64,000 nt of DNA, from contig JAJXYH010000034.1 in assembly GCA_021780675.1 (NCBI GenBank), forward strand, positions 19,889 through 83,888. Reading direction: 5' to 3'. The DNA is from a bacterium (lineage in GTDB: Bacteria; Patescibacteriota; Microgenomatia; Levybacterales; UBA12049). The translations under genes and the position numbers were made by a program. Every line of letters begins with the position of its first letter. Position 1 is the first letter of the stretch. Shown here piece by piece: positions 58,648 through 64,000 of the stretch. The notes under the pieces were generated by a model that saw only the letters and a list, made by a program, of their open reading frames with translations, was not told the origin of the DNA and ran no database searches.

Positions 58648-59529
58648 ATGCTTAAGAAAGTTTCCAATTCAGGTTTTTTTAAACTAAATAAGCTTTGGAC
58701 ACAAAGGCATGAAAAACTTTCTAAAGAGATATTTAAGTCACATAAGGAATCTTTCGAATGGCTTGCAGATAGCTCTAAACAACTCACTGTAGGTTCGCTA
58801 GCCGGTCTTTTTTTGTTAACACAACCAATTGTAGCCAAGATTCCCGTTACTTTTTCACAAAGCATGCATCAAGCAAATAACACTGTAGATAAAAAAACAT
58901 TTTTAGTTTTTGAGTTGAAGTCAATTTTACCGGATCATGTTCAATCTTTAACTCCACAGCAAGAGCAAAGTGTAAGTACGGTATTAACAAGAGATTTTGG
59001 GATAACAGTTGCTCCAGAGCTTAATGGGAAGAGGCTTAATACAACTTATGGGTATATCGGTCAAGAGCAGCATCTGGCTCTCTATCCGGGTGATAACATG
59101 TTTATACATTTTCAGACATCAGATGAGGCAACTAGGTACTTTAAATACGGCATGGCGCCAGGTTTGGGTGGTTGGGGATATTTCGCTCCTTCAAAGGATG
59201 AATTGACACAGCAAGATATAAATAGAGAAAAGTATTATATTGCTGTCCAAACATTTTTGGCACCAGGTTTTGAAAATAACCCAAAAGAATATATAGATTT
59301 TTTTAATTACAAAAAAATGCTGGTTGTTAATCCCCAAAATGGCAAAGCAGTTGTTGCCGACATTGCAGATGCAGGTCCGGCTCCATGGACAGGAAAACAA
59401 TTAGGCGGGTCGCCGGAGGTCATGCATTATCTTGAAAGAGTAGACGGAGTTCAAAAAGGTGGAGTATTATATTTTTTTATTGATGATCCTAATGATACAA
59501 TTCCATTAGGACCGATTAATTCATTATGA
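58648..59529 (+). CDS. secreted protein with C-terminal RlpA/3D-like (double-psi beta-barrel) domain
   Basis: The C-terminus MLVVNPQNGKAVVADIADAGPAPWTGKQLGGSPEV resembles the peptidoglycan-binding/lytic RlpA/MltA 3D core. Confidence 0.35.
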   Translation: MLKKVSNSGFFKLNKLWTQRHEKLSKEIFKSHKESFEWLADSSKQLTVGSLAGLFLLTQPIVAKIPVTFSQSMHQANNTVDKKTFLVFELKSILPDHVQSLTPQQEQSVSTVLTRDFGITVAPELNGKRLNTTYGYIGQEQHLALYPGDNMFIHFQTSDEATRYFKYGMAPGLGGWGYFAPSKDELTQQDINREKYYIAVQTFLAPGFENNPKEYIDFFNYKKMLVVNPQNGKAVVADIADAGPAPWTGKQLGGSPEVMHYLERVDGVQKGGVLYFFIDDPNDTIPLGPINSL

Positions 59530-59858
59530 AAATAAAACATTTTTATACACACTTAATACAAATAAATGATATAACATTAGATCTTGGTAATGTAGAGATG
59601 TCCAAAGAAGAAAGACTACATCTTTTATCGCTTCTTGATGCAAATATTCACGCTACAGTTATGCATACAGTTTTATCAGAGCTTCCAACTGGCGAAAAAA
59701 AGATATTTTTAATAAATTTAGTAGAAAATAACCACGATAAAATATTTAAGCATTTAAGGGTACATATTAATGATATAGATACAAAAATTACTGAAGCCGC
59801 CGATAGGTTAATTGATGAGATGAGAAAGGATATTAAATTAGTTAAGAGTTCAGAATAG
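59526..59858 (+). CDS. hypothetical protein
   Basis: 110-aa ORF coupled to the preceding gene. No recognisable domain. Confidence 0.35.
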   Translation: MKIKHFYTHLIQINDITLDLGNVEMSKEERLHLLSLLDANIHATVMHTVLSELPTGEKKIFLINLVENNHDKIFKHLRVHINDIDTKITEAADRLIDEMRKDIKLVKSSE

Positions 59859-60152
59859 AAAATAACCGAATTTTTCCAAATCTATTTTCCCGTTTTTATC
59901 AAATTTAATTCCCTCTTTTATAAGTAATTTAGCTTGTGTATCAAGGCCTCCAAAAGCGTAACCGCTGGAAACCATCCCTTTTGAATTAATTACCCTATGG
60001 CATGGTACATCCTTAGGGTTTTTATTTGCGTGTAGTGCATATCCAATAACTCTAGGGTCTATACCGACTGCCTTTGAAATAGCCCCATAAGTAGTAACTT
60101 TGCCTTTAGGAATAGATGAAACAATTTTATAAACTTTGTCGAAAGTGTTCAT
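59850..60152 (-). CDS. MGMT-family DNA-binding domain protein (O6-alkylguanine alkyltransferase C-domain, Cys retained)
   Basis: VPCHRVINSKG active-site motif within a 100-aa protein. Confidence 0.75.
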   Translation of the reverse strand: MNTFDKVYKIVSSIPKGKVTTYGAISKAVGIDPRVIGYALHANKNPKDVPCHRVINSKGMVSSGYAFGGLDTQAKLLIKEGIKFDKNGKIDLEKFGYFLF

Positions 60153-60194
60153 TATTGATTAGACAATTTTTTAATGCTATGCTAATTATACTTT

Positions 60195-60668
60195 ATGCTA
60201 AACTTGTTGATGATAATTATCGCAAAATATTTTTATTTAGTAATTGTTTTGTTGGGAGTAATTTTTGTAGCAACCAAATTTATACAAAAAGAGAAAGGAG
60301 TGGCAATGTTTTCTATTATTACATTACCTCTAATACTTATAATCGCTAAGATTTCCGGTATAATTTATTATGACCCAAGGCCTTTTGTTGTAAGACATTT
60401 TATCCCTTTAGTAGCGCACGCAGCAGATAATGGCTTCCCTTCAGACCATGCATTATTAAGTTTTGCAATTGCATCGGTGATTTTCGTTTACAACAAAAAA
60501 ATAGGTTTGATCCTATTTTTAGCAGGATTTTTGGTAGGCATTTCTAGAATATACGTAGGAATTCATTCTATCATTGATATTATGGGAAGTTTTGTTATAT
60601 CGGTAGCAGTAACCTACTTGGTATATTTGGTTTTAAAAAAATATCCCCTAGTACCAATTGAAAAATAA
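60195..60668 (+). CDS. PAP2 family phosphatase (undecaprenyl-diphosphatase-like)
   Basis: PAP2 motifs DPRPF (KxxxxxxRP-like), FPSDHA (PSGH) and SRIYVGIHSIID (SRxxxxxHxxxD). Confidence 0.7.
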   Translation: MLNLLMIIIAKYFYLVIVLLGVIFVATKFIQKEKGVAMFSIITLPLILIIAKISGIIYYDPRPFVVRHFIPLVAHAADNGFPSDHALLSFAIASVIFVYNKKIGLILFLAGFLVGISRIYVGIHSIIDIMGSFVISVAVTYLVYLVLKKYPLVPIEK

Positions 60669-60682
60669 TAGTTTGCCTTGAT

Positions 60683-61093
60683 TTGTTTGCAAATGGTAAA
60701 TATATTGCCTACAATTATTTTATGGATAAAATGAAGACAAAAGTTACTAAGCAGGAGTCCGAATGGGATAAAAAAAGGATTATTCTTGTAACAATTATAG
60801 TAATTATTTTATTAATCTTAGGTTTTTCGGCAAAAAACGCAATCTTAGGTAGTTCATATAATAAACCGCTAGTTTCACAATCAATTACTACAAACAACCC
60901 ACCTTTGAGTATTAAAAAAAGTGCACAAGATCAAATTTATGCACTTAAACAAGAAGCGAGTAATATTAACTTAGTAGACGTTGCAACGTCTTCTCCACAA
61001 GTTCAAAAAATAATTAATGACCTAAAAGCAATTAAAGATTATCCTAATAACCAATTAAAACAAACTTGTATTAACCTTTGTTCTAAATTGTAA
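60683..61093 (+). CDS. hypothetical membrane-anchored protein
   Basis: 136-aa ORF with one TM helix. The likely start is at the internal Met (MDKMKTK). Confidence 0.35.
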   Translation: MFANGKYIAYNYFMDKMKTKVTKQESEWDKKRIILVTIIVIILLILGFSAKNAILGSSYNKPLVSQSITTNNPPLSIKKSAQDQIYALKQEASNINLVDVATSSPQVQKIINDLKAIKDYPNNQLKQTCINLCSKL

Positions 61094-62388
61094 TGGAAAA
61101 AAAAAATATAAAGCACAAATTTAGTAGAATACTAAGAATTTTAGGACCTGGTCTTATTACGGGAGCTGCCGATGATGACCCATCCGGAATTGCTACATAT
61201 TCTCAAACCGGTGCTCAGTTTGGGTATGGACAATTATGGACAGTACTGTTTATGTATCCTCTTATGACTGCTGTTCAAGAAGCGTGTGCCAGGATTGGTG
61301 CTGTTACGGGAAAAGGGATTGCTTCGGTTGTTAAAACAAATTACAGTAAAAAATTATTATATTTTGTTGTATTTTTAGTTGTTGTTGCTAATACAATAAA
61401 TATTGGAGCAGATTTGGGAGCAATGGCCGCTTCTGCTCAGTTAATAGTACCTGTTAATTTTGCATTTTTGGCAATATTTTTTACAATATTAATCCTACTT
61501 TTAGAAATTTTTACCTCGTACAGAATTTATGCAAGAATTCTTAAATGGCTTTCTTTAGCATTATTTTCATATGTTTTCACTGCGGTTATTGTGGGTCAAA
61601 ATTGGATTGAGGTTATTAAATCAACTTTTGTTCCACACATAGAATTTACGGTTGGTTTCTTTTTTCTATTAACGGGAGTTTTGGGAACAACGATTTCACC
61701 ATATATGTTTTTTTGGGAGGCATCGGAAGAAGTTGAGGAAGAAAAAGCAGCGAGTATTTTAAAAGAAGGTAATAAACCAATACTAAAAAAACAATATCTT
61801 AAAGATATAAGAATTGATAATGCAATCGGAATGTTATTTTCGGAATTGATAACTTTTTTTATAATTATTACAACCGCTTCTGTTTTAAATTCACACGGAA
61901 TCACAAATATTGCAACAGCTTCGGAAGCGGCAAAGGCATTGGAGCCATTAGTTTCAACTTTTCCGAATTCAGGATTAATTGCTAAAGTAATATTTGCCTT
62001 TGGTGTAATTGGAATAGGAATTATGTCAGTACCCGTATTAGCTGGTTCTGCTTCGTATGCACTCTCGGAAAGCTTAAATTGGAAAGAAGGTTTAAACCTA
62101 AAGCTTAAAAAAGCGCATGGTTTTTATGGTGTTATTACAATTGCGACCTTAATAGGTCTTTTAATAAATTTTATTGGTATAAATCCTATTCAGGCCCTGG
62201 TTTATACGGCTGTCTTTAACGGTATCGCAGCTGTACCGCTGATTTTTATAATTGCAAAAATTGCAGGAAACGAAAAAATAATGGGTGAGTATAAAAGCGG
62301 GAAATTATCAAGTTCATTAGTGTGGTTGACTTTTATAACAATGTTTTTATCGGCTTTGGCACTTATTGCAACGAACATTTATCATTAA
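61093..62388 (+). CDS. mntH: Nramp-family divalent metal cation transporter
   Basis: [28 protein letters not shown] matches the Nramp signature (GPG...DPGN...Q.GA). 431-aa polytopic protein. Confidence 0.75.
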   Translation: MEKKNIKHKFSRILRILGPGLITGAADDDPSGIATYSQTGAQFGYGQLWTVLFMYPLMTAVQEACARIGAVTGKGIASVVKTNYSKKLLYFVVFLVVVANTINIGADLGAMAASAQLIVPVNFAFLAIFFTILILLLEIFTSYRIYARILKWLSLALFSYVFTAVIVGQNWIEVIKSTFVPHIEFTVGFFFLLTGVLGTTISPYMFFWEASEEVEEEKAASILKEGNKPILKKQYLKDIRIDNAIGMLFSELITFFIIITTASVLNSHGITNIATASEAAKALEPLVSTFPNSGLIAKVIFAFGVIGIGIMSVPVLAGSASYALSESLNWKEGLNLKLKKAHGFYGVITIATLIGLLINFIGINPIQALVYTAVFNGIAAVPLIFIIAKIAGNEKIMGEYKSGKLSSSLVWLTFITMFLSALALIATNIYH

Positions 62389-62392
62389 AATT

Positions 62393-63397
62393 ATGGATCA
62401 ATTGAAGGAAAGAATAAAAAAACTATTAGAGAAGTTTGACGTTGATAATAAGCGTAGATTAGTGCGTGAAATTGAGGTTGAAAGCACCCATCCCGATTTT
62501 TGGAAGGATCAAAGAACAGCTTCTCAAAAAATGAAATACCTTGCAAGTTTACAGGATGAAATTACGAAAACAGAAACACTTCAGGAATTAGCAAAAGCGG
62601 AAAATCTAAATGAAGCCGAAAAACTTTTGGATGAACTTGAAACACTGCTTTATTTTTCAGGATATTATGATAACTCATCGGCAATTCTTTCAATTCATTC
62701 GGGTCAAGGTGGGGTTGAGGCAATGGACTGGACAAATATGCTGTATAGAATGTACTCCCGGTATTTTGAAAAAAAAGGTTGGCAATTTAAAACCCTGGAG
62801 GAAACACCCGGTGATGAAGCGGGATTAAAAAGTGTAATTATAGAAGTAGACGGAGACTTTGCATATGGTTTTTTGCGCGGAGAAGCCGGTGTCCACCGTT
62901 TGGTAAGACAATCCCCATTTAATGCCGATAGTTTAAGGCAAACGTCTTTTGCTTTAGTTGAAGTTTTGCCGGAAATTGAAGAATCGCCTGATATTAATAT
63001 TAAAGATGAAGATTTAGCGTGGGATTTTTTTAGAAGTGGTGGGCATGGAGGTCAAAACGTAAATAAAGTATCAACTGCCGTAAGATTAACCCACAAGCCA
63101 ACAGGTATTACTATTACGGCCCAGGGACAGCGTTATCAGGGTCAAAATCGCGAATACGCTTTAAAAATGTTAAGGGCAAAATTATGGCTTTTGCAGGAGG
63201 AAGAGCGAAAAAAGCAGGAAGCAAAGCTTAAAGGAGGATATAAAACTCCAGGTTGGGGAAATCAAATCCGTTCATATGTGCTCCATCCTTATAAAATGGT
63301 TAAAGATCTTCGTACAAATTATGAAACTTCCAATACTGAAGCAGTATTAGATGGTGACATAGATTCGTTTATTGATGAAGAGCTACGAAAGTTATAG
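62393..63397 (+). CDS. prfB: peptide chain release factor 2 (single ORF, no programmed frameshift)
   Basis: The SPF tripeptide (RQSPFNA) is RF2-specific, and the GGQ motif is present ([12 protein letters not shown]). The ATG at 62393 immediately follows the Nramp stop. Confidence 0.85.
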   Translation: MDQLKERIKKLLEKFDVDNKRRLVREIEVESTHPDFWKDQRTASQKMKYLASLQDEITKTETLQELAKAENLNEAEKLLDELETLLYFSGYYDNSSAILSIHSGQGGVEAMDWTNMLYRMYSRYFEKKGWQFKTLEETPGDEAGLKSVIIEVDGDFAYGFLRGEAGVHRLVRQSPFNADSLRQTSFALVEVLPEIEESPDINIKDEDLAWDFFRSGGHGGQNVNKVSTAVRLTHKPTGITITAQGQRYQGQNREYALKMLRAKLWLLQEEERKKQEAKLKGGYKTPGWGNQIRSYVLHPYKMVKDLRTNYETSNTEAVLDGDIDSFIDEELRKL

Positions 63398-63472
63398 GAT
63401 TTGCCTTAAAAAGGGTTGCTAAAGTGGCTAAAATATGGTTTACTTAATTATCACAGGAGGTGATTCATTTTT

Positions 63473-63976
63473 ATGGATAAAAGTAAAGAAACGATTGAAG
63501 TAAAAAAAGAAGAAACTGAAGAAGAAACAAACGATAAAACCTTAATTCACGATTTTAGTACACAGACTGCAAAAAACGCATTCACTCCCAAGATAATCGG
63601 TCTTTTAGCCTTAGTTATTATTGTAGGAATAGCAACAGGATTTTTACTATCCGGAAGATCTTCTTCGGTAAGTTCAGGAAATAGCTTAGGTTCGATTTTA
63701 AGTGGGTCTTCGATACCAAAAGGAACTGTTGTAGGATCTAGTGATACCGCAACTTTTAAAGACACGGCTGAAGGAACACTAAAAGAAGGTGGCATAGATG
63801 GAGAAGGAGCATATCATTTAGAAAGACCGGGTGGAGATAGTCAAAATGTCTATTTAACCTCATCAATTGTAGATTTATCTAAATATATTGGTAAAAAAAT
63901 TAAGGTATGGGGGCAAACCCAAAAAGCTCAAACTGCAGGTTGGTTAATGGACGTTGGGAGAATTGAGGTTTTGTAA
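63473..63976 (+). CDS. hypothetical membrane-anchored protein
   Basis: 167 aa with an acidic N-terminus, one TM helix (IIGLLALVIIVGIATGFLL), and a Ser/Gly-rich region. Confidence 0.4.
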   Translation: MDKSKETIEVKKEETEEETNDKTLIHDFSTQTAKNAFTPKIIGLLALVIIVGIATGFLLSGRSSSVSSGNSLGSILSGSSIPKGTVVGSSDTATFKDTAEGTLKEGGIDGEGAYHLERPGGDSQNVYLTSSIVDLSKYIGKKIKVWGQTQKAQTAGWLMDVGRIEVL

Positions 63977-64000
63977 ATGATCCTTTTAAACAGTGTTTCT

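Noticed and set aside
62393-63397. Programmed +1 frameshift in prfB (CUU UGA C context).
   Set aside because: The RF2 reading frame is continuous from the ATG at 62393, and no in-frame UGA is present.
1-64000. Scan for CRISPR arrays, rRNA genes, transposases, integrases and prophage structural genes.
   Set aside because: No regularly spaced direct repeats were found. No 16S/23S conserved blocks were found. No DDE or tyrosine-recombinase signatures were found. The only repeats are the 35-40-nt intergenic family at 47.4-50.6 kb.

Overview
The window is low-GC (about a third G+C), densely coding bacterial DNA whose gene content is consistent with a Candidate Phyla Radiation/Patescibacteria-type genome. 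That lineage call is an inference from the signs below, not a database result.

Signs pointing that way:
- rpsE and rplO sit 3 nt apart, so there is no room for rpmD (L30).
- L24 carries a C-terminal zinc ribbon, S14 is the zinc (type Z) form, and L17 has a lysine-rich tail.
- Lysyl-tRNA synthetase is the archaeal class I type.
- There is an isopentenyl phosphate kinase next to a type-1 IPP-isomerase-like gene and a polyprenyl synthase.
- CoA biosynthesis appears to use an archaeal-type PPAT fused to a DUF359-like domain.
- Type IV pilus genes are abundant.
- UGA is read as stop and a one-frame RF2 is present, so the genetic code is standard.

Layout, start to end:
- 1-14.1 kb: ribosomal superoperon, L29 3' end through S9, with secY, adk, cmk and map. 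Three accessory genes (calcineurin-like phosphoesterase, SDH/ClpP-fold serine protease, zinc-ribbon protein) are inserted with their own promoter between map and infA.
- 14.1-17.9 kb: isoprenoid module.
- 18.3 kb: tRNA-Pro(GGG).
- 18.6-21.8 kb: recA-recX-rny-hup.
- 22.9-23.3 kb: RNase P RNA on the minus strand, recognised from P1, P4 and ACAGAA covariation.
- 23.5-27.5 kb: UvrD-type helicase fused to a Cys-cluster PD-(D/E)XK nuclease, transcribed after rmuC.
- 28.7-33.6 kb: tsaD, DUF192, a standalone HldE-domain-II-like adenylyltransferase, VanW, and an orphan solute-binding protein.
- 33.7-39.7 kb: greA with a leader hairpin, the PPAT fusion, lysK class I, a GC-rich orphan ORF, rdgB, serS.
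- 39.9-40.04 kb: a strongly ribosome-bound 10-codon poly-lysine micro-ORF, nested palindromes and an intrinsic terminator in front of secA.
- 43.0-47.3 kb: copper operon of an ArsR-YHS regulator with a perfect 20-bp operator, copA, copZ, and two paralogous cupredoxin-like domains carrying an unusual C/C/M/M putative ligand set.
- 47.4-50.6 kb: a family of about 35-40-nt intergenic repeats.
- 50.8-59.5 kb: type IV pilus locus (pilB, pilC, five pilin-like genes including a 656-aa one).
- 59.8-64.0 kb: MGMT-like, PAP2, Nramp, prfB.

No CRISPR array, rRNA, transposase or integrase was seen.
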